A DNA stretch of 63,643 nucleotides, filler included, from Collodictyon triciliatum (Eukaryota), in NCBI GenBank assembly GCA_043381765.1. It is 5 parts of 5 records of this genome, joined end to end, with 100 filler letters (N's around TTAATTAATTAA, not from the genome) between each part and the next. Parts side by side here need not be neighbours in the genome. Positions count along the whole stretch, not along the records: positions 14,029 to 27,842 come from JBHJMP010001898.1; positions 27,943 to 41,848 come from JBHJMP010001899.1; 3 more parts are not named here. One strand, given 5' to 3'. A program made the translations under genes and the position numbers. Shown piece after piece: positions 14,862 through 28,115 of the stretch. The notes under the pieces were generated by a model. That model saw nothing but the letters and a program-made list of their open reading frames with translations, searched no databases and was not told the DNA's origin. How positions within the stretch are numbered: position 1 is the stretch's first letter; every line of letters starts with the position of its first letter.

Positions 14862-15440
14862 CTGAGAAAAGCGTAACAGCTAGGCACATCCTTGATTAGT
14901 TTCAAAATGACGGCCAATCATCGTAATGGAAAACTTCGGAAGTGAAATCAGGCGACTCAGTCACAGTTTCAGATCGCCCGGCAGAGCAGAGTAAACTGCT
15001 GGGACGTTGCAACGCAGCAGGCTGACGCCCAATACAGCTCTCTACAGAGTTGTTTTCTCCATGTCTGTCTTTCTCTTTTTTCTCATGTGATGCAGAAAGG
15101 GCTCGTTGCATCTTCCTGGTGCGTTTTCTCACTCATTAGGCACCAACGCCAATCGCATCAATGCGCGCGCCGCTTCAGTCCTATGTTCATCTGTTTGTCT
15201 CTCTGATCTATTCGCAGATCACGCCGAAACTTAAATCCAGATTTAACCCAGGTTTGACTCGACTTGATTCAAAGCAAGTTGCGTTCCAAAATCCCGAAAT
15301 GGGCAGATTTCTGTTAGTTCATGCCTGATATATATTCCAAAATAGGACATGTCGCGATGAATCAAAGGCAAGGTTCAAATGTGGATATGTTCTTTTATGT
15401 ATAGGAGTCGTTAGTCGAGGCTAGATGCGGCAGAAACGAA

Positions 15441-18400
15441 TCAGAGCTGCGCAGACGAGAGAACGGACGAGGACGAATCGGGCTTGATTTCCTCTATCAC
15501 GTAGAAGAAGGTGTCCAGAAGGATGTTCCCACCATCAAGGTCCTTCAACTCAAAGAAATCGTTGATAGATTCAATCGGAAGGCATCTATTGACTTGTGTC
15601 TGGACAACATCGGGTTTCAGCTTCAGCTTGGCACTGTATAGAGCACCTTGGTCGTTCTATTACCGCCAAGAAACAAAATGGTTGAGATGTCTGCGTTTTC
15701 AGAAATGCTACATCGTTACGCTTGTTCTTGGGATGGATTGCTCATCCCCGTTAAATAAAAGGAGTATTTTCAATCGGCATGTTGCAAAAAATGGGTGTAT
15801 ATACCATAGAACTGATATCAAATCCACCATCCTGCACAAAATTGAAAGAAAGAATAAAAAAAAACCATAGAACTGATATCAAATCCTTCGGGCGCTGTTG
15901 CGTAGCCGGGCTTCAAAAGTAAACGGACTTGTGATAGCCTCATATCCCTCGCGATCAGCTGCGATGAGATAATATATGTAGATATATTTATGAGGAAAGC
16001 TTTGTTTATTTCGAGCTGAGAAAGAAAAAAGATGAAAACATATTAAAATAATTCATACATGGTTGTATTAGACGATGTTAAATGTAAATTTCTCTGCTCG
16101 GATACGACCAACATCACAACACTTACCCTAATATTGTAAACATGAGAGAAAGTCTTTGTATTTCCTCGAGAGTCTAAGAGTAACTCGATTCTTGAAAGGC
16201 TCAAAGGCTCCCCATCCACATTCATCACAACTTCTTTGTTTCGAACCTCGTAGTGGGTCATGCATACATCGAATTTAGCCTCATATTGGCGCTTTGTTTC
16301 CAAGAATGCTAGATATTCATTAAAATTAAGATGCAGATTATGAAGGTTTCATTAAAAGCACAATAAATGAAGGAAGACTAGTTTAGCTATTACTAAGCAA
16401 GCTTTCGTGCTTCAGTGTCTGTTCTTCGATTTGTCTGGTCTCATGGCTCTACCACAAGCACATGTGTAAGTATGGTTACCCATTTTGTGATATAAACTAT
16501 TCTTAATATCGCTGACTCCATAAACTGTAAGTGAATTGAAAGGCTATTCCACATATACACACGACACACCTCGCCCAGCTGGAGATAGAATGACCCATTT
16601 TCTTCAGCAATCGTCCTGAATTCTCCGGCAATCGATTTCCCAACTATCTTGCCACGATAAAATGTCGGGATAACCGCGTATGATTCTGGAAAATAATAGA
16701 TTTTATGCACATATGTTCTCCGATTGAATTGAATTACAGTTGGATTTAAATCGAGACGAACCTTTGAGAAGCTCGTTCTCAGAGAATAATATGATATTGT
16801 CTCTCACGTATCCATGTAATCTTTTAGAAATACATGCACATATTTTGTAAGGTTTATCTCTTCGTTTAACATTGTTTGTCTTTGACTGCATTAAGAATTC
16901 GATTTCGCTTTTGATAGCCAAAAAATATCAATCTTACCGAGTTATGGTCCCTTTCAATGTTTCCCACTCTAAAAATCCAGTAAACTCAAACAAGGAACCG
17001 CCACCTGAGACCTCCTTCACTACCAATATCATCGGAATCGGACTTTTTCCTAGCCATACAATTTTACCACCAAAATATATGGAGAAATTATCGGACTTTG
17101 TCTCTGAAATTACCCTTTTGGATGCAGTGGCCTTTCCAAATTGAGTTTTCAGCAACCAAATCAGACTTTGCTTTTGAACTCATGCTATTCTGTTCTTCAT
17201 CTGCGAAAATAAAGAAAAGGTTGTATTGCGGATGAGTAAATAAAACGAAATTAGTTTGTCGGTATGCTTATTTAAATGCAAAGGAATCAAATATCTTATT
17301 TTAGAATCACTCACTAGATGGACTAACTTTGGAGTGATGCTGTCCCTTTGACATACGCTTTTCTGTTCACAATACCAAATCTTGAGATTAATCACAGAGT
17401 ACCATAATCGAATGAAACATGTACCCAAATCCTACTCATTAAAAAGGCACCAACAACCATGAGAGGCGCTATTCCCACAAAAAATAGATACTCTGGTAGG
17501 TTATTTTCCTACATAGGATGCATTGAATTCGCGATGTTCATTAACTCATTTTTAAAAGTGATATAAATAAATGTCCTTAACTGGGTTCTTCAAAATAACC
17601 ACAACCAAAGCAGTTGTATTGGTCCATAATAGTCCACACGAGAGACAGAATCTCTTTGTGTGCGATATTGATACATTATCGTTACCTCAAGCTTCAAGCT
17701 TATTCTTTCAAGATTGCTATGGATTATTGCAGAGAAAGGAATTATGATCTTAAAGAGGAATAGTTAGTTAACGTACCAAAATATTGATATACTGGTTGTA
17801 ATATGGCATCGACCAGTAAGTCCAGCACAAGAAGATGAAAGAAACAATCATGTAAGCCAAAGCTTGAATAATTTGGAATCTACAAATTGACCTCGCTTGA
17901 TTATTAAGATACTGAAACATAGCATTCATGTAAGCGTAGGAGCCGAATAATCAAATTTTTAAATATTTTGTTTCATTTAAAATTTCAAAAACTAAACCCA
18001 GGAAAGAAAATGAGAACCTGTGAAAATAAATGGAGACAGCTATTGTTTGAGGAAAATAATCATTTTTTTTTTCATTAGAGGAAGATTAAAGTGTGACCTT
18101 CACAGGGATATTGCGATTTCAATGATAACATTACCCGATACATTTCATTTTTCTTTATTTAATTCAAAGTATGTCGAAAGATTTTGTGAATATATTACCA
18201 ACAAGTAAGAATTCTACAATCGGATCGACAAGGCCTTCGTTTGAACTTTTTCTTGAAGCAATGTGCTCATACTCTGTATTCTCCTCATCTGATTTCCAGT
18301 CGAACACGTTCTTTTTCCTAACATAATTATGCTGCATTAAAATCATGATGCAAACTATGTGAAGCATTTAATTCATCATTTAAATCCCAACCACTGCAAA

Positions 18401-19202
18401 CGTGACATATCTCCATCACATCTTCTCAGGCGTAGCGACAATGGAATGTAAATACAGAGCATCAGGGCTGAGACATGAGCAAATATCAAATGCGTTTCTG
18501 GTTCATAAATACCCATTAAGATATAATGAAACAGCAACCAAGGATAAATAAAACAAGATAAATGGTAAACATATAAATATATAATAAGTGATAAAAAATG
18601 AAGAAAAAACCTGTCCAACAGCTCCCTCCTTCGGAAACTCCAAATTTAATTGTTGTAGATGGGCAATTAAACGACAATAATAAGTATCTTGTGAAGGGGA
18701 TGTACAAACTAGAAAGGAAAAATGTTTTTGTGAATGAATCAGGTAGTTTTATCGTAATTAATGGACTAGAATGACACAAATGCTTTGTACATATTTAAAT
18801 AAAATAGGACTGCGCAAACATCAGATAAAACACTTTCACTACTTTTTGAACAATTCAATAAAAATGCCGACGAGCCGAATACCTTGTTGTTATGATTTGG
18901 GCAGATAAAGCATAACCCAAAGAAAGGGCAAGATAAATATATTTGGTATCCCTTTTATCACATTCAGTTCTTTTTGCTTGCATGCTCACGAATGGCCACG
19001 TCAGAAAGATGCAAACAAGTATAGCTTATTGATCAATCCAGAATTAAGGCCGATATCAAACATAATACTAATATGCTTTATATAATAGAATGGAGTCATC
19101 AGATATGAAATATTGATTATTACGGTATATTACACTCACCAATCATTATATAGCTCCACAAAAGAAGAAAAGAATATTCCACAGATATCGATAATTGAAA
19201 GA
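15441..19202 (-). CDS. Multipass membrane protein with C-terminal beta-rich soluble domain; 5' part runs into N gap (possibly the 3' half of the RCC1-WD40 gene)
   Basis: Hydrophobic exons: SFLLLWSYIMIAILVCIFLTWPF; LYIPFTRYLLLSFNC...SCWTETHLIFAHVSALMLCIYIPLSLRL; EYLFFVGIAPLMVVGAFLMSRIW; then SIWKGHCIQKGKSPIPMILVV...FTGFLEWETLKGTITRLHG; stop at 15441. Confidence 0.65.
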
Positions 19203-19803
19203 NNNNNNNNNNNNNNNNNNNNNNNNNNNNNNNNNNNNNNNNNNNNNNNNNNNNNNNNNNNNNNNNNNNNNNNNNNNNNNNNNNNNNNNNNNNNNNNNNN
19301 NNNNNNNNNNNNNNNNNNNNNNNNNNNNNNNNNNNNNNNNNNNNNNNNNNNNNNNNNNNNNNNNNNNNNNNNNNNNNNNNNNNNNNNNNNNNNNNNNNNN
19401 NNNNNNNNNNNNNNNNNNNNNNNNNNNNNNNNNNNNNNNNNNNNNNNNNNNNNNNNNNNNNNNNNNNNNNNNNNNNNNNNNNNNNNNNNNNNNNNNNNNN
19501 NNNNNNNNNNNNNNNNNNNNNNNNNNNNNNNNNNNNNNNNNNNNNNNNNNNNNNNNNNNNNNNNNNNNNNNNNNNNNNNNNNNNNNNNNNNNNNNNNNNN
19601 NNNNNNNNNNNNNNNNNNNNNNNNNNNNNNNNNNNNNNNNNNNNNNNNNNNNNNNNNNNNNNNNNNNNNNNNNNNNNNNNNNNNNNNNNNNNNNNNNNNN
19701 NNNNNNNNNNNNNNNNNNNNNNNNNNNNNNNNNNNNNNNNNNNNNNNNNNNNNNNNNNNNNNNNNNNNNNNNNNNNNNNNNNNNNNNNNNNNNNNNNNNN
19801 NNN

Positions 19804-22800
19804 TATCCTCGTCGTAGAATCATCGCTTCATAATAATTAAAAATTGTTGTTTTCTCCATACTTTAGAAAATATTTTATTGGTGTGAAATAGAAGGAAATG
19901 GCACAAACCTTGAAGAAAAAATATTCAGGTCATTAATCGCCAAGGAACGTATAGCATCAGTGTGGCCTCTCAACACATTTGTGCACATTGCAGTCTTAAT
20001 AATGTAAATAAAGTGGAGATGATATATAGGCATATACCATCCATTTCACATATATAAATTAATTCATTTAAGTAGACAGAAAAATATTCAGATTACCTTT
20101 TTGTCCCAAATCCGTACTGTGCAATCCATAGATCCAGTAACAAGTGTATACTCGTTCAGTTTCATCGATGTAACCCAATCAGTATGGCCTTTCATGCATA
20201 TGTACTCATTTTTCTGTACATTATATCACATTCGAAAAATACCAAACGTACCGATTAATTAAACCGAGCCACAATCCAACGGTCTGTTTTTAACCGAGAA
20301 AAAAAACGAGACTTACTTTAACATCCCATTTTGTGCATTCTTTATATTGGCCAGTGAATAAGATCTCATCTTTTTCACAAAACTCCATACATAATATGGA
20401 TGAGTATGAGTTATTGTCCAATTGCCGAATACATGAGAAAGGCTGTTATATCAATTTGCAATTAGGACATTGAATTGTTCAGGAATGAAGATATTAATTA
20501 ATATTTGGTTAATCGTTTCAAAACTCTATCATTCAGATAAGTCAAGAACTAGTGTTACGAAATTCATCATACTGGTTCAGCCTCATAAACTACGACGATA
20601 CCGTTTGCACCAGCAGTATAAATGCAGTTTTTGTGCATAATGAGGCGATAATAGCTATGGATTGAGTGATACTGTTTGGCCACGTTCATAGTACCGATGG
20701 GGTTTTGTTTCTATACAAAAGGAAAGAGGCCTCTTCAGTAAGTTCTTGACGTAATTTTTTCCATGAAAATTAAATTATTAGCAATAATCATATTTATTCT
20801 ATTCAGCGAAGGCGGTTTCCTCGGCTTTGTTTTCTCTCAATAAACTGTTGAAAAGAAACCAAAAAAAATATTTATTCTATTCACATAGATGATTGCAACC
20901 TTGTAGTCGTGAACAAGAACATTCCATCCTGTTCCCCCGGAGTACAAGTATTTTTCTCCCACGTGAATGCAAGTAGCGATATTGGGATGTCCTTCATAAA
21001 CTTGAATACAAGTGCCGTCCTGTAAGAAAAATAATCATAGCCTTTTATTGCGGATTCTTTAAGTTCGTTGGTTCATAAAATGAGACAAAATTGATATAAT
21101 AACATCATTTCGTCAAATATCACCTCGATTTTATACTGTCTAACTGTTTTATCATGGCTACAAGAAAAAAGATTTGCACTCAACGCCTGAATATCCGACA
21201 CAGCGTCTGTGTGACCCGTATACTTTTGAAAGAACCTTTTCGGATGTAATTTTCATAGGTAGTAGACATCAGAATTCAAAAGAGAATTTAATTTTCGTAG
21301 TGTAACTCCTGCTCTTATTTTACTTACTTCAAATTATTGGCGACAGAATATGAGCGGATAGTCCCATCAGCTGATGCAGTAAAGACAAGACCATCAAATA
21401 TCTGGTATGAAAATTTTAATGAATTATTCCAATTACAAATGCATTCAGCGGTAAATAGCGAGGGAAAAAATTAATATAAATACGTACTATCTTTGAATCG
21501 AATAAAGAGGAAAATATGCAAATACCCACTATAATTTTTGTTATACGGTCTGAATGGTGACTGATGACAAATTTGCATATGCCACTGGTTTTACTCCAAA
21601 CTCTGAGAATATAATGATTAAGTAGGATGAGTGACATGTAACATACAAAGTTTTCAGAAACAAATGAAATTCTGAAACGGAAAACACTATATATATATAT
21701 AAAGGTCGCGTTATATAACCACCGCATCTCGCCGTCAAAACTGCCAGTGTATACAAGGGACCCGTATGATTCTATTGCGGTTACAGGCTTCAAGAAATTT
21801 TTGTTTCAATGGAACGGTTTTTCTTTCAATCAAAAGCTCAATCTTGAAAATGAGTGAATTACTTGAAAATGTAAAGCAATCAAAAATTATTTGAAAAATT
21901 GTAACTGAAGAAACCTTTATGTGTCCACTTGAATCGAATTGAGACCAACCCTGCAATAGTTCTGGTTGTATATTTGAATTATTTGAAATAAATAGTTCAA
22001 GGACTTAAGAATGACATGAGAAGGAATATAAATGTGATAAAAAAAACCTTTTTCTATTTCTGCGTAGTAAATTCTGATATCTTGTTTAGGATTACTTCGA
22101 TCTAAGTAATCCATCCATTGTCTGTTATTTAGAATCTCTACTTTAGCACCGTCTGATATGTAATAAAACGAAACATCCTAATAACGAAGCGCATTTTTTT
22201 TATTTATGCCTTATACATCCACAAACTATTCTCTAATATCTTTCTCTTCATTGAAGCTAAGTGCGCTCAGTAGTAAATATTCATAATTGAAATTTTGTGT
22301 TTACTTTTTTTTGGAATATATTATCCTTGAATTGCTTGAGATTCATATTTGGGTGGATTGGAACGATGATTGATTTCATATCAACATCGGTCTGGCTGTG
22401 AAGAAAGGCGTTAAAATATCTATCTCCTATGAAAATTTAGATAAGTTCCAAAATAGTTTAACAATTAGTAGGCAGGTTCCCTGCTCAGTAATTGTTAAAA
22501 AGATGAAAACCTTTCAGTCTAGGTATATCTGGAAAGACTGAGTTTGATTCTCTGTAACCACATTTCAATTAAGAATTAGTTAACCGATGTCCGGAAAAAT
22601 AAAGAAAACGAAGGCATAGAACTAATATTACAATTGGGATGTCAAGACTTGCTTCATAAAATGAAATTGAAAGCTCTTCGTATGCATCATAACAAACCCG
22701 ATTACTAGTGTTATTCCATGCCCGCATGCTATTTGTCGAACACTTCGAAGAGGGATTTTCACAGTGTGCATATACTGAGCAGGACTTTGAGGTCCGTCAA

Positions 22801-25064
22801 ACTCAGCACCGCCATAAGCACAAAAATCACCCCAAACGTAAAATTTATCATCTAGTTCAGGATAATTTAATGTGGTTTCATATCACCACATATAATAAAT
22901 TTTGTCATATTCACTCGTGCTTCTATATATAAGAATATATGGAAGTATCGTCATTGATTTTTCAAAGTTATCAAAAATTATGCTTTTAATAGATTTGTGA
23001 CCTGCGTAAAGACACCCATGAAATTTGCCGCATGCAATAATTCGACCCTTTTCGTTCTCAGGAATACACAATCTCTCTGGTAAAAGTCTTTGACTACATT
23101 CACTTGCAGGTAGTCCCAATTCACCGTAATCTATTGATGTTTTTTTTTTTTACTTACTTTGTTCTTGAAAATGGATATCATGTATTTTTGATATATGTAA
23201 TTGGTAATATTTTTTTAAAAAGAAAAGAGGGAAAAATAACAATGGATTTCTTCGCTATCTTGCAATTTGCAGCCAAAAGAGAATATATGCAAACCATTAG
23301 ACCCAAATGTAAAGACGAATCCTGAGTCATTCAAACAGCAAGTGAAAGTATGCCCACACTCAACGCTTAGCACTCTCGATGAACATGGCAATCCTATTAC
23401 CAGCGTTGGTTCTGTTCGATGCATCAGGTCACCGTGTCCAAGTTGACCACGAAAGTTGTGTCCCTTTGTACAGAAGTTAAGGTTCAGCTCAATCGTCAAT
23501 TTCACATATGTCTAAGGATGTATTTTAACACTGTGATATGTAAATGAAAACCCAAGTGTAAAGCTTCCCATCGTCCGATATGGCGCATGAGTGCATCCCT
23601 CCACAGGAAACACTAATTGCTTTCAGGGAACAGGTTATCACCCGAGGAATAAGCTGTATGCAGGCTAGATTTTAGCGTCATTTTTTTGCACGACTGGGTC
23701 GATATCAATTACGATGCATATAATTGGATAGTATCCCATATGTGAGTGATACAAAGGAAACAGGTAGGAAAAAGGTGTTTACATACCTCATTCTCTTCGC
23801 ATCTATTTCCGAGGCGCCCTCCGAAACCTATTGGCCAGGTGGTCAGCATTATGAGTTGACCGAGACATTCTTTTTTTTTTTCGTGTTCATGTGTGTGTGT
23901 GTGTTAATTTCGGTTATGCAAATGAATATCTTCGTTATATTAAATAAACTAAAAACAAAGAAATGAAAACATAACCATTTCCAAACGACCATATACGATT
24001 TTCTTTATCAATTATCAGAGTATGTTCATCCCCACATTTCACTGAGACAACCTGTATGAAGGGCTTTAGAAAAGAATGATGCAAACAAAACAACTACAAT
24101 CATTCTTCGAGGATTTTATGATACCTGTCCTCTCTGAATTGAGTCCACAACAGAGGCGAGTAGGGAGTCCTTTTCACTCCCAATACCTAGCCTTCCATAC
24201 TTCCCTCTTCCCCAGGAAACAAGGTGACCTAATCTTTCATTTGTTTAATCATACAAATATAACGTGGAGTATTAAAAAAAAAAAAAAAACAGATAGCATG
24301 CGTATCATATGATTCAAAGTATTGACCTTGACTCAGGCCGACCATGTGTTCAGGACCTGCAGAAACGTCCGTAAATTCACAACCAACGAGTTGAAATGTA
24401 TGCTCGTTGAAGCGTGTATTATTGCAAAGCTGACCATAGTTGCCTGGCGTAAGATTTCATTGAATTCCATAAGATTTCATTTCATCTGATGATTTGTGGC
24501 TTGATGTAAAACTAAGAGCTAAGACTTTCAAGAAAATCATAGGTATCGCCTTGTTTTGTCACTTTTTTTAATTGTTATTATCATGGTTATTGATCTGGCC
24601 ATCGTCATGGCGTAGAATTAAATTATCATTGGATAACCTTGACCGCTTGTGTACAAAGACCCATCAGAAGTTAGGATGGCAGATGTTTTACCCTTACAAA
24701 TCACCTGAGGCGTGTATCATGTAAATGAGGGCATATTGGGAAAATATAAACAGGTATTAGTATCACAGCTTAAAGCACCACTCATTATCTCGTTTGGATA
24801 TGAATATGAGCGAAACCTTCGTCGGATGGAGAGAGCGGACCGGAATCCGTACGGCTTTGAGTTGGTTTGGTGTTGAAATCCAGGCGAGCCCTAACCCGCC
24901 GCAAAATGCTATTTAATGATATGCACGAAGTTAATTAGCCGCTGATGTAAACGCACGAAACACTCTGAATGCTTTCAGCCTCTGGGTCGACTTCTTTGTT
25001 GTGCTAATTGAAAATACGCGTAAGATGAAGAAAGGAAACCGTCTCCAAAACCAAACACTTCCAT
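19804..25064 (-). CDS. RCC1-repeat plus WD40-repeat protein (3' end enters N gap)
   Basis: Start MEVFGFGD at 25064; RCC1 repeats (GHNFRGQLGHGDLMHRTEPTLVIGL...VLSVECGHTFTCCLNDSGFVFTFG; RQIACGHGITL); WD40 repeats (GHTDAVSDIQ...LFSCSHDKTVRQY; GHTDWVTSM...LVTGSMDCTVRIWD; GHTDAIRSL). Confidence 0.85.
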
Positions 25065-25494
25065 CGAACGCCACAGTAGGGAGCCTCTAACCCGGTCGAA
25101 ATAGCTGCTGACTGGAGGCCACTTAAAATAAAGAAGGGTTGTGAGTTGCTTACAGTCTGGAACTATGAAGAAAGGGGCGAACCAGAGCTATGAGACTGCG
25201 TAAGGCAAGCAGGCCTCTGATAGGGTTGGAACATGCATACATCACTTTCTTTCTGCGAAAACCCCCACAAACACTAAGCTTATTTTTGTGTTGTCTGTGT
25301 TAATGACTGTAACGAGTTTTGTGACGTGTTGATGTCTTTTGTTTGTTTATTTATATATATTGTTTGCTGGGTTCTTCGTTTTTTCTGTTCTCTTGTTATT
25401 CTGGGAGCATTCTTAATGACAGAAACTCGCAATGCCCAACAGCACATGTCATTGAGATTCTTATTCCTTTTATCTATACCCTAGACAACAGAGG
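25065..25494. promoter_or_regulatory. Probable bidirectional promoter / 5' UTR region between RCC1-WD40 and LRMDA-like genes
   Basis: Divergent start codons about 430 bp apart; no specific motif identified. Confidence 0.4.
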
Positions 25495-27475
25495 ATGAAC
25501 ATCGAATGGAAGGACGGGAGGCTCGATCTTGCGTACAGAGATCTCAAGACTCTGTCGCTTCCCTTCCTTGAAGCATACACAAGTGATGCCACCCACCTTG
25601 ACTTGTCTGGCAACTTTTTCGTGTAAGTATGCTGCATGGCTCGAAAAAACTTGTGTCATGCTGCCAAAAGCTCTGCGGTGCTGACGCCATGAACCGCACT
25701 CATTTATTTCTCCATTTACTTATTCATTTGCTTCGTTCTATTACTTATTTGAATATTTGCTTCAAAGCGATCTCCCCTGGCTGTCAGAGTTTAGGATATT
25801 GAAAACTCTCATCCTTGATGACAATAAGATTAACTCGGCATCAAAACTTGGCAAAGTTATTTCTCATTACCCCATCTTTCTTTTCTTTCGGACGCCACAT
25901 GGGATTTATTTATTTATTTACTTATTTACTTATTTACTTATTTACTTATTTACTTATTTACTTATTTACTTATTTACTTATTTACTTATTTACTTATTTA
26001 CTTATTTACTTATTTACTTATTTACTTATTTACTTATTTACTTATTTACTTATTTACTTATTTACTTATTTACTTATTTATAGATTTCAAGTCTTCATAC
26101 ACTTTGTGTGAACCGCAACCTTATTGAGGACCTTGATCTTTTTTTGGATGTTGTCTGCAAAAGCTTCCCAAATATTCGCTATCTATCCATGCTAAACAAT
26201 GCCGCTTGCCCAAACTTTTTAAACCAAGGGAGCTTACGGCAGTACAATGAATACCGGTTTTTTTTAATCCAAAATATCTCAATCTTATGACTTCGTAAAA
26301 ACTGACTGTATCTTATTAATATGAGAGAAAATAAGCAGCGTGATGATATCAAAGAGTCAAAGAATCTAATCTAAACATCGTGTTCATCAGCATCAAAGTT
26401 ATATCACGCCTTCCCAATCTACTGTTTCTGGATTCATCAAAGGTCACAGACTCCGAAAAGCACCAGGCAAACGCAAACGCAAGCGCAAGCCTGTATTCTC
26501 AGGCAGTCTGTTTCATTTTTTAAAAAACTTTTTTAAAAAAATCATAAAAATAATCAAATGTGAACTCATTTAGGCAAGTACATAAAATACAAAGCGCATT
26601 CTATTTATTTTTTATTTACTATATGCATCGTCCATTAAAACTTTAATGCGGGCTAATCTTTCGCTAAAAAAAAAAAGGAATCCGAAACACGAAGTAGTGT
26701 TCGGTTCTCTGAAATCCTGGATACAGATGACCCTTCGGTACGCTACCTGTCCTACTTCGACATATCTTTCATTTATTGTCTACAACAAGCGATCTAGTAT
26801 TACTGATGAAGGCTGTTTATGACTTCATTTATTTCACTATCCCGAATTATGAGCGCATAATTATTTTCTGAGGTCTCGTACTGGCGTATTGCATGGTAAA
26901 CCATTCTTGTTTTTTTAAAGATAATACAAAGGAGACAAGCATATGGGAGTGAAGCCCGATCTGGTCCCAATTCAGAAAGCTCAAAATCCACCCGGCGTCG
27001 TTCCAGCACCAGGAAAATAACCGTTCCTTCAAGCCAAAGTGCCGCAAACAGTCCACTTACCCAGCCGGCAAACTCACTGGCACCGTCCACAAGCAAGGCC
27101 TCATTCTCAACTCCAAATAGTCCACAACAGGGCTCTTCGAACAGGGCACCCGACCTCACCTCGAGAGGCATTCTGCTTACCACAAATCTCAAGGTTGAGC
27201 CCACTACTGCTTACATGGAGGAAGTTGTCGACCCTCCCGTAGTGAATCGTTTCCACCGACCATCAGTCGACGAAACATCGCTTTCCCTTCAGATTGCTCT
27301 CTCGCTGCGTCCTCATGTACACAAAGATTTATATCATAATGCACCAGAACCGCCGCCTCTTGTTCTTCCTGAGGTTTCAAATAAGCCTCTTGTTTTGGTC
27401 GCCGCCCCACCTCCACCCCCGCCTCCACTGAACCATGGAAATCGCTCGTATGATGATTGGTCTGATGGGGATTAA
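25495..27475 (+). CDS. LRMDA: LRMDA (C10orf11)-like leucine-rich repeat protein with Ser/Pro-rich tail
   Basis: Spliced: ATHLDLSGNFF / LKTLILDDNKI / LHTLCVNRNLIEDLDLFLDVVCKSFPNIRYLSMLNNAACPNFL...YNEYR / VISRLPNLLFLDSSKVTDSE (LRR cap); last exon open to TAA 27475. Confidence 0.75.
25904..26080. repeat. (ATTTACTT)n 8-bp satellite in LRMDA-like intron
   Basis: Directly visible; ends immediately before the TAG acceptor. Confidence 0.95.
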
Positions 27476-27748
27476 ACGAAAGAATCAGAATGAGCTTTCT
27501 ACCGTTTCCTCTTTTATATTTTCTTTCCTTTTTCTTGAAATTACCTACATTTTTTTTTTACCTTTTTGGTCGATGCACTTTATCGATTTTATGTATGCCG
27601 AGGCATATCGTCATGAATTCTTTGCTTTCCTTTTACTATTACTGTATGGCCGTGTAGAATTGCCAATTCGAGGTGCCCTACATCGGTTTCCAACATAAAT
27701 AAACGAATGAGCTGAATGTTTCCTTGGCTTGGGTTGTCTTTTGTTGTC

Positions 27749-27750
<2 letters not shown>

Positions 27751-27842
<92 letters not shown>
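27751..27842. repeat. (ATT)n at contig end
   Basis: Directly visible. Confidence 0.95.
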
Positions 27843-27942
27843 NNNNNNNNNNNNNNNNNNNNNNNNNNNNNNNNNNNNNNNNNNNNTTAATTAATTAANN
27901 NNNNNNNNNNNNNNNNNNNNNNNNNNNNNNNNNNNNNNNNNN
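27843..27942. other. Artificial contig-joining linker
   Basis: N44-TTAATTAATTAA-N44. Confidence 0.98.
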
Positions 27943-28009
27943 TGTTTTGTTTTGTTTTGTTTTGTTTTGTTTTGTTTTGTTTTGTTTTGTTTTGTTTTGT
28001 TTTGTTTTG

Positions 28010-28036
<27 letters not shown>
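27943..28036. repeat. (TTTTG)n at contig start
   Basis: Directly visible. Confidence 0.95.
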
Positions 28037-28041
<5 letters not shown>

Positions 28042-28115
28042 GTAAACTTTTGAGCAGTTTTCGGCTTTTCTTTTCACTTTTATTACATGTTGCGATGTAT
28101 TTGAGATGAAGTCGG

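Noticed and set aside
26681-26704. Imperfect hairpin CCGAAACAC...GTGTTCGG
   Set aside because: Lies within a coding exon of the LRMDA-like gene; short and plausibly chance
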